From a virus (Duplodnaviria > Caudoviricetes): DNA of 52,414 nt. The notes below the pieces were generated by a model. It did no database searches and was not told the origin of the DNA. It was given only the letters and a program-made list of their open reading frames with translations. Below, one piece after another: positions 9,310 to 19,954 of the stretch. The position numbers and the translations under genes are program-made. The number at the start of each line of letters is the position of its first letter. The first letter of the stretch is position 1. The stretch is from positions 1-52,414 of IMG/VR virus record IMGVR_UViG_3300044957_000556; one strand, written 5' to 3'.

Positions 9310-10833
9310 ATGGACTTTGAACAAGACAACCTGACAGCAAAACAAAGCGACTACGCTATATTCCTTCCTGCTATTTCCAGTTTCTATGCAGGATACATTG
9401 GAAGAGAACGGCACGGAGCAGAACTAGATGCTGGTAGGTTGCCTCAGGCCATTGGCGACATGGAGGCAATGAACTGGCTTAATCCTCACAAGGCCTTGTT
9501 TCCTTACCGGTGGTCACTGTACTCAGCAGGACATGCCAACTTAGATTTGTCCAAGTTTGATGCCAAGGAAGACATAATTCGAGCTAGAGATCCAGGATCT
9601 ACTATGTTGGCAGACTCGGGTGGTTTTCAAATCGCCAAAGGTGTGTGGTCAGGTCGTTGGGCAGATCTCACAGACAAAAAGTCTGAAGCACAGCGAGAAA
9701 AAGTGCTCAAGTGGCAGATGGGCATTGCCACATATGGTATGACCATGGACATACCCACATGGACATTCCGTGATCCCAAGGCCGCAGAAGTGTCAGGCAT
9801 CCACAGTTACGATGATGCTGTCACAGCCACACAATACAACAACGAGTTCTGGATTTCTAATCGCTACGGCGATACAAAGATCTTAAACGTGTTGCAAGGC
9901 GGTAATCATACCGAAGCTGATCACTGGTACGATCTCATGAAACACTACTCGGATCCCTACCGGTACCCCGACCGGCATTTCAATGGCTGGGGCATGGGTG
10001 GTCAGAACATGTGTGATGCACACTTGGTGCTCAAACGCTTGGTACATTTGATCCATGATGGCTTGTTAGAAAAGGGTGTGCATGACTGGATGCACTTCTT
10101 AGGTACTTCTAAACTAGAGTGGGCAGTGTTGCTCACAGACATCCAACGTGCCGTGCGCAAGTATCACAATGCCAACTTCACTATCAGCTTTGACTGCGCT
10201 AGTCCGTTCTTGGCCACGGCCAATGGACAGATCTACACACAGTTGAGAACAGCCAATCGTGGCAAGTGGTCGTACATGATGAGTCCCACAGCTGACGATA
10301 AAAAGTATGCCACTGACACACGCTCATTCCGTGATGCTGTATTACAAGATGGCATTCACGATGTGTTTGAAGACAGCCCCGTATCTGCAAGAATGGCTAT
10401 CAAGGACGTGTGTATCTACCGCCCAGGCGATCTCAACAAGATTGGCAAAGAAGGGCGTACCTCTTGGGACTCGTTCTCTTATGCACTAATGATGGGTCAC
10501 AATGTTTGGCATCATATCCGTGCTGTACAAGAAGCCAACAGACGCTATGATGCTGGCGAATCACCAGATATGATGGTACACCCGATCAACCCAGATTTTG
10601 ATGTACGTCCGCTGATCGATCGAGTGTTTGCCGCACAAGATCGCCAAAAGAGCTTGGCCATAACCGATGAGTATGCTACAATATGGGAAAGAGTAGTGGG
10701 CACACGTGGTTTTACCGGAAAACGTGCTACCAATGCTCATACCATGTTTAACAGTTTGTTCGAAGTTGAAGACCAAGAATCGCAGACTGAAGAGTTTGAT
10801 ACAGCCCTACTAGACCAACTTGAGGCCCAATGA
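9310..10833 (+). CDS. dpdA: Guanine transglycosylase (TGT/DpdA family)
   Basis: DSGGFQ, MTMDIP, NVLQG, HFLG, SFDCASP are TGT-fold catalytic motifs; co-occurs with folE/queD/queE. Confidence 0.8.
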   Translation: MDFEQDNLTAKQSDYAIFLPAISSFYAGYIGRERHGAELDAGRLPQAIGDMEAMNWLNPHKALFPYRWSLYSAGHANLDLSKFDAKEDIIRARDPGSTMLADSGGFQIAKGVWSGRWADLTDKKSEAQREKVLKWQMGIATYGMTMDIPTWTFRDPKAAEVSGIHSYDDAVTATQYNNEFWISNRYGDTKILNVLQGGNHTEADHWYDLMKHYSDPYRYPDRHFNGWGMGGQNMCDAHLVLKRLVHLIHDGLLEKGVHDWMHFLGTSKLEWAVLLTDIQRAVRKYHNANFTISFDCASPFLATANGQIYTQLRTANRGKWSYMMSPTADDKKYATDTRSFRDAVLQDGIHDVFEDSPVSARMAIKDVCIYRPGDLNKIGKEGRTSWDSFSYALMMGHNVWHHIRAVQEANRRYDAGESPDMMVHPINPDFDVRPLIDRVFAAQDRQKSLAITDEYATIWERVVGTRGFTGKRATNAHTMFNSLFEVEDQESQTEEFDTALLDQLEAQ

Positions 10834-11227
10834 AGTCAGAACTAGATGCACAGTTGTGCCAAAACTATTCAAGATATTTACAGATCGAAATCTGCCTATG
10901 ACTGAAACTGCCATGTGTTGGGGCTTTGAACACGGCGATGGTTGGTTCAATATCATCAACCAACTGTGCGGAAACATCCAGAATCATGCTGATTGGCCAA
11001 CCAGACAGGGGTACAATGTATCCCAGGTGGTAGCACAGCAGGTCAAAGAAAAGTTTGACACACTACGATTCTACTATCGTGGTGGCGACGATGTGATCGA
11101 TGGCATGGTTCGTATGACCGAATCTATGAGCAGTGTGACCTGCGAAGTGTGCGGGGCGCCAGGCAAAACAGACGGTCAAGGATGGATTTCTACTCGTTGT
11201 GAAACTCATAGGAAAAAACATGAATAG
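10830..11227 (+). pseudogene. Conserved phage protein with apparent 1-nt frameshift near 10870
   Basis: ATG 10830 (ATGA overlap) gives MKSELDAQLCQNY, then a different frame gives KIFTDRNLPMTETAMCWGFEHGDGW...QVKEKF..LRFY...CEVCG. Confidence 0.55.
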
Positions 11228-11735
11228 ACCCGGACACAAAGCAGTAAAAACATTCATAGGCACTGAAGTAGAACACACTCCAGCGTTTGGTCTTATAACT
11301 CTGTTTGTTGTAGGTGTGCAGGATTCTACTGTGATCGTGCAACAGGCTAAGTTCCATAAATGTTCACACATTTATTTTGGTGCCAATCAGAGCTTTCCTA
11401 GATTGGATGTCAACGACAGCGATGGTTGGAGGCCTTGGGAAACTATGATACAAGACTGTCTAGATGCAGGCTATCTGTGTACACTGGATCTGGACGTTAG
11501 CTGTGCCGAAGGTTTGCTCGAAAGCGCCTTGGTCGAGCACGATCTATTCATTCCAATGATTTCGGTAAAGTTACCGTACATTCGGCAGTTTGGGTATAAC
11601 GCTACTCTGAAGATTGATGATCGAGATTTCCAAGCAACCAATCCAGGAGTGTGGTGCCATAGTTTACATACACTGCAAAAAAGATCAGTATTTACAGACT
11701 GGTCTAAATATACCCAAGACAAGGTGCTAGATTAA
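11220..11735 (+). CDS. Conserved hypothetical protein in the deazaguanine cluster
   Basis: GTEVEHTPAFG, HIYFGANQSF, TNPGVWC; likely start ATG 11220. Confidence 0.65.
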   Translation: MNRPGHKAVKTFIGTEVEHTPAFGLITLFVVGVQDSTVIVQQAKFHKCSHIYFGANQSFPRLDVNDSDGWRPWETMIQDCLDAGYLCTLDLDVSCAEGLLESALVEHDLFIPMISVKLPYIRQFGYNATLKIDDRDFQATNPGVWCHSLHTLQKRSVFTDWSKYTQDKVLD

Positions 11736-11736
11736 A

Positions 11737-12267
11737 ATGGCTCCACTGTATCGCATCACTCCTTTGGAAAAAAAATCAGTAGAATATTTCGTAGACGTCT
11801 ACAAAAAACCGCCAGACAGCAGAATCCGTGGCTTTGATGTCACAGCAACTTGGCGGTGGGGTCAGGCTTTTAGAGAGGAAGACGAATCTCTATATGAGAA
11901 CGAAGGCACTGTATTTTGTCGTCCCGATGTGGGTTGGGGATGCGAACTAGATGATTTAGTTGCTGTACATGTGAACTTTGGTTGCTGGGACATGGACGGC
12001 AATCATTATGATGATGGATTTACCAAAGAAGAAAAAGCTCGCATCGAAGCACTGTTAAGGTGGGAAACCGAAGACGAAGATGGACGATGCGGCACAGGGT
12101 GGATCTATGATGGCGACCATAACTGGTCTGTAGAAGATGAGCATGTTGCTATCCTGGAGCCTTACAAGGTTGATCTTGTTGACGAAGATTCGTATAATGA
12201 GATCATGGAAGAAAATGTACAACCCACTAAACTAGAACCATCAACCGATTGGCCATTTAAATCATGA
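11737..12267 (+). CDS. Acidic hypothetical protein
   Basis: ORF tightly packed between neighbours. Confidence 0.6.
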   Translation: MAPLYRITPLEKKSVEYFVDVYKKPPDSRIRGFDVTATWRWGQAFREEDESLYENEGTVFCRPDVGWGCELDDLVAVHVNFGCWDMDGNHYDDGFTKEEKARIEALLRWETEDEDGRCGTGWIYDGDHNWSVEDEHVAILEPYKVDLVDEDSYNEIMEENVQPTKLEPSTDWPFKS

Positions 12268-12713
12268 ATCAAGAACAAAGAGCACAAGTAGATAGGATCA
12301 TGCAGAGTGCAGATCGTAAAATCTGGGTCACATTCCGCAAAGAAGGGATACATAAGTATCCAGCCGCTGCCACTGATCCGGCGCTGGCAACAGGAGACGA
12401 ATATGATGTATCGTTTTTGGGCTACCCTCATCGCCATATCTTTCATTTTAGGGTTTGGATTGACGTATTCCACAACGATCGAGACGTGGAATTCATTCAG
12501 TTCAAACGATGGTTGGAAAAACTGTATCATAGCGACCAAGGTGTACTGTCGCTAGATTACAAGTCTTGCGAGATGATCGCAGACGATCTATATCTACAAA
12601 TAGCAGACCGTTATCCAGGTCGTGCTGTGTGGATTGAAGTGGCCGAAGATGGTGAGAACGGCTGCCTTATTAAGTATGAAACTCATCGTCCCTATAATTC
12701 AATCGTTATCTAA
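12264..12713 (+). CDS. dpdL: QueD-paralogous T-fold protein, DpdL-like (putative CDG decarboxylase)
   Basis: LGYPHRHIF matches LxxxHRHxF; also EGIH, DRDVEFI, SCEMIA, EDGENG. Confidence 0.65.
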   Translation: MNQEQRAQVDRIMQSADRKIWVTFRKEGIHKYPAAATDPALATGDEYDVSFLGYPHRHIFHFRVWIDVFHNDRDVEFIQFKRWLEKLYHSDQGVLSLDYKSCEMIADDLYLQIADRYPGRAVWIEVAEDGENGCLIKYETHRPYNSIVI

Positions 12714-12724
12714 AGGAAATCAAA

Positions 12725-12997
12725 ATGGGTAAGCAACTATTCAAACCCAATCCCCGTAGTCGTGCTGTGTGGGAGGATTTGGATCGCTATCTCAGCTTCT
12801 GTGTGGATTATGGCTATCGCTATGATCCTGCGGATCTTTACAACAACAAAAGCTATCCCTTCCAGCAGTATCGCAAGCTAGAAGGTGGCAAAGAACCCAA
12901 GGACATGTGGGCCGAAGACACTCGTCGAATGTCAGGATGGCGTCCGGACTTCAAGCGTGATGACCGTAGACCATCACGTGGTCCACGACCATATTAA
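12725..12997 (+). CDS. Hypothetical protein
   Basis: SD aagga; 90-aa ORF. Confidence 0.65.
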   Translation: MGKQLFKPNPRSRAVWEDLDRYLSFCVDYGYRYDPADLYNNKSYPFQQYRKLEGGKEPKDMWAEDTRRMSGWRPDFKRDDRRPSRGPRPY

Positions 12998-13000
12998 TCA

Positions 13001-13666
13001 ATGAAGAATCAGCCCGCAGAAATCAAAGTCTCAGAAAACTTAACTTGGGAATCTGCTCTAGTTGATAGTTTTTTGCAAGACTTTGACTGCGGGCCTCCAA
13101 GTCCTATAAAAGAGTTTGTACCGCAATGGTATAGAGAACTCAAAGGCGATCTATGTACCTATCAAAATGATAGTTGGAGATACGATCACACTGCAAAATA
13201 TTGCAAAGGACTGCAAGGTCTACGCAACATAGGTTAGACTATACTGTTGCCAGTTGATATCACGCAGGAACAAAATGTGATCAGCCGTCGTAAAGCTGTG
13301 CCAGAAATGCTGTATAGTACACACTGGAATGATCGTGATGCCAACGGTGAACACATATGGGATCTCACTGTGATATTTTGGCCTTGGCGAGCCAGATTAT
13401 CTAAAGGATGGCAGATGATGACATCGGCATATCATCTAGATTGGAGCCCTGATTGGTTTGGTTTTGCTGGCATGCCTGCAGCAAACTACAGCATCAACCA
13501 AGATAAAAACAGTATAGATAACATGTACCAGTGGGAGAAACTACTAGACACAGATCAGTTTGACTACTATAATATAGAAACTGTGCATGCCTTTCGCCAA
13601 GGAACATGCATACCCAAGGATACCGTAACGTTTAGTTTTGTAATCATACCCAAAGGAAAACAATGA
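13001..13666 (+). pseudogene. Hypothetical gene interrupted by in-frame TAG at 13235-13237
   Basis: ORFs 13001-13237 and 13247-13666 are in the same frame; ...RNIG*TILLPVD suggests TGG to TAG. Confidence 0.55.
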
Positions 13667-14868
13667 GAAAACTTTTTTATATGGGGCTCGAAAGTTACGA
13701 AGCCCGCTATACACTACAACTCACAGAGTGGAATCGTCGTGTGTTTGACCGACGAGACCTTGATGTAGTCTATATACCAGGCAACACCATCGATAACACC
13801 AAGAGTATTTCAGTGGGGCAAGTATTGGATGCACATGGCCGTAGTTATTTTTCAATGAGCCAGTTGATGAATCTTGTGCAAATGATGAGAAACGGAGAAG
13901 TTACCAGTGAAGACGTTATCTACTTTGAAGACATGTTTCAGCCCGGTATCGAGAGCTTGCCTTATATTCTTGATCAGATTCCTGCTAGTGACCGTCCCCG
14001 TGTGTTTGTTAGGTGCCTTGCTCAATCCATTGATCCTGATGACTTTGTACATGTATGGGGTATGGGCAAATGGATGGGCCTCTACGAACACATGGTTAAT
14101 GACTTTGTGAACGGAGTTCTCGCCACCAACGAAGAAATGGTGGCTCATATGCGTATTGCTGGATGGAGTGCTCCTATCTATAATATTTCTGGCCTAGCAT
14201 TTGGCAAAGAGGAAGTGCTAGAGCGCATCGGTGGCGCACAAAACATTCGCCCGTTCAATAAACGTAAAATGCGTGTGGGCTTTGCCGCCAGATTTGACCA
14301 AGAGAAACAACCTGACTTCTACATGGATCTCATTGAGATGTATTGCAGTCAAGGTTGCCACAAGCGTACAGAGTTTGCAATCTTCCAAGGCGGCCCATTG
14401 CGTAGTAACAATACTCGATATATTGAACGTGCTCGGCAAATGGAACGAGATGGCAAGTTAAAAATCTACGAAAATCTAAACAAGAATGACTACTATGCTC
14501 TCCTTAACGATACTCGGGTGTTGTTTAACTGTGCTCTTCAAGACTGGGTCTCCAACACAGTTTCCGAGGCTGACACTCTTGGCGCTAATGTTCTTTACCC
14601 TGCCTATCGTAGTTTCCCCGAAACTTTTGCAAACGATCCAAACCGCCTTTATGTTCCATGGTCAATAGACGATGCATTTACCAAGTTAGAAATGCTGTTG
14701 ACCGAGCCGCATCACAACATGGGATTGATCAGTGATTGGAACAATGGCACTGTGGATCGTATTGTTGATATTATCACAGGAGTGGGCGAAAAATGGAATC
14801 GATCAGGCAATCGCTATCGCGACCATGTGCCACATGAAAAATATCAAGTTGTGAAAGTGGAAGGATGA
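13663..14868 (+). CDS. GT-B fold glycosyltransferase
   Basis: FAARFDQEKQP, LQDWVSNTVSEA, YRSFPE: GT4-like C-terminal sugar-nucleotide domain. Confidence 0.7.
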   Translation: MRKLFYMGLESYEARYTLQLTEWNRRVFDRRDLDVVYIPGNTIDNTKSISVGQVLDAHGRSYFSMSQLMNLVQMMRNGEVTSEDVIYFEDMFQPGIESLPYILDQIPASDRPRVFVRCLAQSIDPDDFVHVWGMGKWMGLYEHMVNDFVNGVLATNEEMVAHMRIAGWSAPIYNISGLAFGKEEVLERIGGAQNIRPFNKRKMRVGFAARFDQEKQPDFYMDLIEMYCSQGCHKRTEFAIFQGGPLRSNNTRYIERARQMERDGKLKIYENLNKNDYYALLNDTRVLFNCALQDWVSNTVSEADTLGANVLYPAYRSFPETFANDPNRLYVPWSIDDAFTKLEMLLTEPHHNMGLISDWNNGTVDRIVDIITGVGEKWNRSGNRYRDHVPHEKYQVVKVEG

Positions 14869-15482
14869 CCTTGAATGTGTTGGTGCTAGGTGCTACCGGT
14901 GGTGTTGGCTCAGCCTGCTGTAAGATATTGCGACAAGAAAAAAAATACCATGTTACTGCATGGGGATCCTGCAACCTGGACTTAGACTTTCCTGAACAGA
15001 TCTTTGTCAAAGATTTCAGCAAGTTTGACATTGTGATAAACTGTGCGGCACATAACCAAGGAACTTATAGAGGTTTTTTGCAAAATGATTGGCACAACCA
15101 ACTGAGCCAAATCATGGTTAACTATGCTGCCAACTTGTTCTTGTTCAAACATTATGCTTGCTCAAGATCTCAAGGCAAATATGTTTGGTGTAACACCGAC
15201 TTCTCAACCGGAATCACTCCTTATAAAAGTGTGTATCTGAGTACCAAGTTGGCCAGTCAATACGCTATAGATTTAGCAAAACAAGAGGTCACACACATTT
15301 CTGTGCTTGAAGCACAGTTTGGTGCAGTCAAAACCAATCTCAGATATCGTAACTTTGAAGGAACACTGACGCAGGAACAAGTCAGAGATACCTACGACAC
15401 GGACCCTATGGATCCCAGCTACGTGGCAACTTTCATGATAGAAGCCATTGACAAAAACTTAGAAAAGGTGATAATAAAATGA
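14865..15482 (+). CDS. Short-chain dehydrogenase/reductase
   Basis: LGATGGVG, INCAA, YLSTK (YxxxK). Confidence 0.8.
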   Translation: MTLNVLVLGATGGVGSACCKILRQEKKYHVTAWGSCNLDLDFPEQIFVKDFSKFDIVINCAAHNQGTYRGFLQNDWHNQLSQIMVNYAANLFLFKHYACSRSQGKYVWCNTDFSTGITPYKSVYLSTKLASQYAIDLAKQEVTHISVLEAQFGAVKTNLRYRNFEGTLTQEQVRDTYDTDPMDPSYVATFMIEAIDKNLEKVIIK

Positions 15483-16420
15483 AAGTAATAGTTACCGGTG
15501 CCGCCGGATATATTGGTGGGCAGACAGTGCTTCATCTGCTTGATCAAGGGCACGAAGTGCATGGACTAGATCGTAGGACTTTGCCTGACAATCTCAAGTC
15601 ATTGACTAACTTTCTACAAGCCGACTTTTTCAGCGATCAGGCGTTGAACTGGATGGTAAAGGTAGAGGCTGATGCCATCATACACTGTGCTGGTACCAGT
15701 CTTGTTGGCCCCAGTGTGATGAACCCATCTGAATATTACTACAACAACTTTATCAAAACCTTTCAGATGTTGACTTGGATGATCGGGCCCAAGCGTGCTC
15801 GAATCATCTTCAGTTCCAGTGCCGCAACCTACGGTGATCCTGTGATGTCTCCTTGCAGTGAACTGGATCCTCCCCTGCCAATCAGTCCCTACGGCCAGTC
15901 TAAGCTCATGGTTGAATGGATGCTGGAGGCCTATCATCATGCCTATGGACTTGATTATGTAAGTTTCCGCTATTTCAATGCCTGTGGCGCAGATCCCAAA
16001 GGTCGTCATGGTCAAGAGCCTGGTGCCACACACATCATTGCTAGGTTATTAGAAAGTGTTCGCAATGGCGAAAGTTTTACTCTGTACGGCGACAACTATC
16101 CTACTCTCGATGGAACATGTATCAGAGATTACATCCATGTAGATGACATAGCACGAGCTCACTGCATGGCCTTGGATGCCACTGTTCCTGCAGGTGTGTA
16201 CAATCTTGGTACCAGTTCAGGGCACAGCAACAGAGAGATTGTTTCAGTAGCAGAAAAAGTCACTGGTCAACAAATAGATCTTCATCATGGGCCAATACGT
16301 GCAGGAGATCCAGCTTTGCTTACTGCAACAGCTGATAAGTTTCACAGCATCACAGGCTGGGTTCCTCGTTACAACATTGAAGAAATAATAACTCACGCAT
16401 GGGCATGGTACAATAAGTAA
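15479..16420 (+). CDS. galE: UDP-glucose 4-epimerase
   Basis: TGAAGYIG, FSSSAATYG, YGQSK, RYFNACGA, DGTCIRDYIHV. Confidence 0.9.
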   Translation: MKVIVTGAAGYIGGQTVLHLLDQGHEVHGLDRRTLPDNLKSLTNFLQADFFSDQALNWMVKVEADAIIHCAGTSLVGPSVMNPSEYYYNNFIKTFQMLTWMIGPKRARIIFSSSAATYGDPVMSPCSELDPPLPISPYGQSKLMVEWMLEAYHHAYGLDYVSFRYFNACGADPKGRHGQEPGATHIIARLLESVRNGESFTLYGDNYPTLDGTCIRDYIHVDDIARAHCMALDATVPAGVYNLGTSSGHSNREIVSVAEKVTGQQIDLHHGPIRAGDPALLTATADKFHSITGWVPRYNIEEIITHAWAWYNK

Positions 16421-16423
16421 TGT

Positions 16424-17452
16424 ATGTATCATACTGCTGAACTTGTACACTGGATGCAAAATCAAGATACCAAGGCCATACTTCCGGCGCAGGTAGATAT
16501 TGATTTAACCAATATTTGTAACCAAGATTGTTATTATTGCAACAGTGCAGACCATAGGTTGGCTTCGCCTGTACAAAAAAAATACACTGAATACATTGAA
16601 CTCTTAGACAAACTGGCCACTTGGCGAGCTCATACTCCCAACAGCTATGGAACCACGCATACCATCACCTATCCAGGTGGAGGAGAACCCACTGTACTGG
16701 CAGGGTATGAGCATGTGATAGAACATACCATTGATCTTGGATTTCTTACTTCCATTACAACCAATGGGTCTAAGCTAGATAGATTGTTAGACAGCGTATC
16801 TGTAAGTAAACTACAGAAAATGGCCTGGGTAGGCATTGACATTGACGCTGGTACCGAAGATCTATATGAAAAAATTCGCAGAAGTTTGACCTCTAAAAGT
16901 CTGTTTCAAAGAGTAAAATCTAATGCCAAGGAACTTATTGCCGCAGATGTCAATGTAGATTTCAAGTGCTTGATCAATCCCTACAACGACAATCAAGAAG
17001 CCATTGATGAGTTATTTGACTATGTTAAAGAAGTACAAGGTCGTATGTTGTATTTCCGCCCCGTGATTTATAATAACAAAGCACACCCAATAACCAATGA
17101 ACTAAAATATTGGATATCTCAAGCCAGTGAACGCACAGGCGTTCCGTATTGGATCAATGAAAACAAAACACAACCAAGACAATACAAACGCTGTCATCAA
17201 ATGTATCACTTCCCTGTGTTTTGTGCCGAAGGATACATTTATGTTTGTTGTGATAACAAAGGAAACTCCCAGTTCAGTATAGGTCGTTGGGACCAGGGAG
17301 ACTTTCGAGACCTGTGGCTGAATCAGCGCCATCATGACATTTACAATAAAACCAACGTGTCATTGTGTAGACCTTGCCGACCCAACGCCACTAACAATGA
17401 TATCCAATCCATAATAGATAATCCAAAAACTATCGAACAACTATATCTATGA
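16424..17452 (+). CDS. Radical SAM protein with C-terminal SPASM/twitch Cys cluster
   Basis: CNQDCYYC, GGGEP, TTNG, C-terminal C...CC...CRPC. Confidence 0.85.
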   Translation: MYHTAELVHWMQNQDTKAILPAQVDIDLTNICNQDCYYCNSADHRLASPVQKKYTEYIELLDKLATWRAHTPNSYGTTHTITYPGGGEPTVLAGYEHVIEHTIDLGFLTSITTNGSKLDRLLDSVSVSKLQKMAWVGIDIDAGTEDLYEKIRRSLTSKSLFQRVKSNAKELIAADVNVDFKCLINPYNDNQEAIDELFDYVKEVQGRMLYFRPVIYNNKAHPITNELKYWISQASERTGVPYWINENKTQPRQYKRCHQMYHFPVFCAEGYIYVCCDNKGNSQFSIGRWDQGDFRDLWLNQRHHDIYNKTNVSLCRPCRPNATNNDIQSIIDNPKTIEQLYL

Positions 17453-17808
17453 CACCACAGTTTCCTATCATTGAACTTCTAGATCGTCTGGCAATAGCAA
17501 GAGTCAAGCACCAACGCATTGGTAATAATCAAGTTGAACTTGACTTTTATAATCAGCAGGCACAGCATCTAGATTTGTCACTGGTTCGGCAAGAACTTGA
17601 ACAACTGCAACAGATACACAATGAAATATGGGAGTTAGAAAAAGAACTTAAAAGCGGTAAAGAAAGCCAGCTACCACTGGAAGAGATTGGACGCAGAGCC
17701 ATTAAAATCAGAGATTGGAATAACAAGCGTATTGGTATTAAAAATGTCATGGCTGAGAAACTATCTTGTCCAGTTAGAGAGCTAAAAAAAGAACATCTGT
17801 CAGAATGA
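17449..17808 (+). CDS. Hypothetical coiled-coil protein (DUF6165-like)
   Basis: ELLDRLAI...IWELE...NNKR..IK pattern. Confidence 0.55.
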   Translation: MTPQFPIIELLDRLAIARVKHQRIGNNQVELDFYNQQAQHLDLSLVRQELEQLQQIHNEIWELEKELKSGKESQLPLEEIGRRAIKIRDWNNKRIGIKNVMAEKLSCPVRELKKEHLSE

Positions 17809-18302
17809 AATATAGATTAGGTCACATTGAGCCATGGTGGAATGATGATTTCAAAAGTTTTGAGTATCAGTATCTTCCACACAAAGATCAGGTTATGGTT
17901 GCAGAATGGCAAGCGCAAGGATATAGAAATCTAAATCTCAATGGAGGAATATATCACCTTAACGATACAGAGTATGCACAGCCGTTTTTCCAGCAGTTTT
18001 CGTGGACCAATCAAGGTGCTTGTTTGTTCCGTATGAACACTGGAGATATCACTCCCAATCACAAGGATCATTACATCACATACAAACGTGTATTTGATAT
18101 CAAAGATAATAGCAAAATATGGCGGGCTATTGTATTCATGGAAGACTGGAAGTCAGGCCACTACTTTGAGATAGATGGAAAACCATTGGTGAATTGGCAA
18201 CGTGGAGATTATGTTGCATGGAACTATGATGTTTGGCACATGGCGTTTAACATGGGTATTGAGCCAAGATACACCATGCAGATCACTGGAGTACAAAAAT
18301 GA
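17805..18302 (+). CDS. 2OG-Fe(II)/cupin-fold oxygenase-like protein
   Basis: HKD ... H ... RYTMQITG. Confidence 0.6.
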   Translation: MKYRLGHIEPWWNDDFKSFEYQYLPHKDQVMVAEWQAQGYRNLNLNGGIYHLNDTEYAQPFFQQFSWTNQGACLFRMNTGDITPNHKDHYITYKRVFDIKDNSKIWRAIVFMEDWKSGHYFEIDGKPLVNWQRGDYVAWNYDVWHMAFNMGIEPRYTMQITGVQK

Positions 18303-18889
18303 ACCTAAGTATCATCAGAGAGTTTGAAGAGACACTGGCCAAATACACTGGGTCACCGTATGCTATAATGACTGATTGTTGTACACATGCCATTGAACTA
18401 TGTCTGCGCTATGAGCGGGTCAAGGAATGTCAGTTTACTCCTTACACCTATATCAGCGTACCAATGACCATGCACAAACTTGATATTGAGTTCACTTATA
18501 TTGAACAAGACACCCAACAATGGGTCGGGGAATACCAGTTTATCAACACCAGAGTTTGGGACAGTGCCCGCAGATTAGAGCCCGGAATGTATCGTGCAGG
18601 GTCAATGATGTGTTTGAGTTTTGGATATTCTAAACCATTGGAGATTATGCACGGTGGAGCCATATTGCTAGATGACACAACGGCATACCAAACTATTCTA
18701 CGTCAACGCTCTGATGGCAGAGACCTATCTATCAGTCCATGGCAAGAACAGCAGGAGTTTGAAGTTGGCTACCATTACAGACCTACCATAGAAGATGCTG
18801 TCAAAGGATTGGAAATGTTGCCCACCATCAAACCTCAATCACAATATGTCGCTTATCCAGATTGCCGCAAAATCCATATAAAAACTTGA
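18299..18889 (+). CDS. DegT/DnrJ/EryC1/StrS-like aminotransferase (short form)
   Basis: FEETLAKYTG, CTHAIEL, DSA, SFGYSKPL..GGAIL. Confidence 0.75.
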   Translation: MNLSIIREFEETLAKYTGSPYAIMTDCCTHAIELCLRYERVKECQFTPYTYISVPMTMHKLDIEFTYIEQDTQQWVGEYQFINTRVWDSARRLEPGMYRAGSMMCLSFGYSKPLEIMHGGAILLDDTTAYQTILRQRSDGRDLSISPWQEQQEFEVGYHYRPTIEDAVKGLEMLPTIKPQSQYVAYPDCRKIHIKT

Positions 18890-18914
18890 CACAGGTCATA
18901 ATAACAGTTACAAT
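18886..18914 (+). promoter_or_regulatory. Sigma70 promoter of folE
   Basis: TTGACA-17 nt-TACAAT. Confidence 0.75.
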
Positions 18915-18956
18915 AACAACAAGACAGGTCATCCTCGACCCTAACTCGGAGAAACA

Positions 18957-19700
18957 ATGACAACTAAAGAAACAGCACTAGATGCCATGAATGGCAACTT
19001 CGAATACCAAGAATCATACTTAGGTGACACGATTCGATTTCAAATGAAACGTGACGGGAAACGTTTCTGGGCAGGCGATAATATTAGTGATTACTTGCAT
19101 GATGGGGACAAAGACCGTCTGATCGACGAAGCAACAGAAGCATTTGAAACAGTGCTTGACCGTTTGCTGATTGATCGTGACAACGACCCTAATTCAAAAG
19201 GCACAGCTCGCAGACTGGCCAAGATGTACTTTAACGAAATAATGGCAGGACGTTATGAACCAGCACCAGACACAACAGCATTTCCAAACGACAATGACGA
19301 CCGCTATGAAGGCATGTTGGTTGTTCGCAGTGAGCTTCGTAGCATATGTAGTCATCATCATCAGCCCGTTGCTGGTGTTGCTTACATTGGCATTATTGCG
19401 GCTAAGAAACTTATTGGCTTATCAAAGTACACAAGAATTGCTCAATGGTGTGCCCGGCGTGGTACTCTCCAGGAGGAACTTTGTAATGACATTGCTCGGG
19501 AGATCTCCAAAGCCACAGGGTCAAAGAACGTAGGTGTGTATATCCAAGCCACGCATGGTTGCTGTGAGAATCGCGGCATCATGGCACATAGCTCTTTAAC
19601 TCAGACTACTGTACTCACGGGTGCTTTCAAAACTGATTCCAGTGTTAAAAAAGAGTTCATGGACAATATCAAACTGCAACAAGAGTTTGCTCCTCGATGA
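18957..19700 (+). CDS. folE: GTP cyclohydrolase I
   Basis: CSHHHQP, IGLSKYTR, LQEEL, HGCCENRG. Confidence 0.93.
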   Translation: MTTKETALDAMNGNFEYQESYLGDTIRFQMKRDGKRFWAGDNISDYLHDGDKDRLIDEATEAFETVLDRLLIDRDNDPNSKGTARRLAKMYFNEIMAGRYEPAPDTTAFPNDNDDRYEGMLVVRSELRSICSHHHQPVAGVAYIGIIAAKKLIGLSKYTRIAQWCARRGTLQEELCNDIAREISKATGSKNVGVYIQATHGCCENRGIMAHSSLTQTTVLTGAFKTDSSVKKEFMDNIKLQQEFAPR

Positions 19701-19954
19701 CATCTTGTCTCAAGCCAATGACTGTTGATGAAATCAGAACCCTAGTTGGTCCTGGTTTTGTTAACAGCTTTCAACAGGAAATGACTACAACAGCAAAACT
19801 AGGGTAGAAATCAAGTTATAAAGCAAATGTTGGACAGACCCAAAATACCATTTACCGATCTATAAGTTCTAATAGGTAAGTGGTTACTATCCCGCTAGAC
19901 CAGAAAACCAGATGCAGTTACAATATTATCATTACAACTCTTCTAGGTTTTTTT

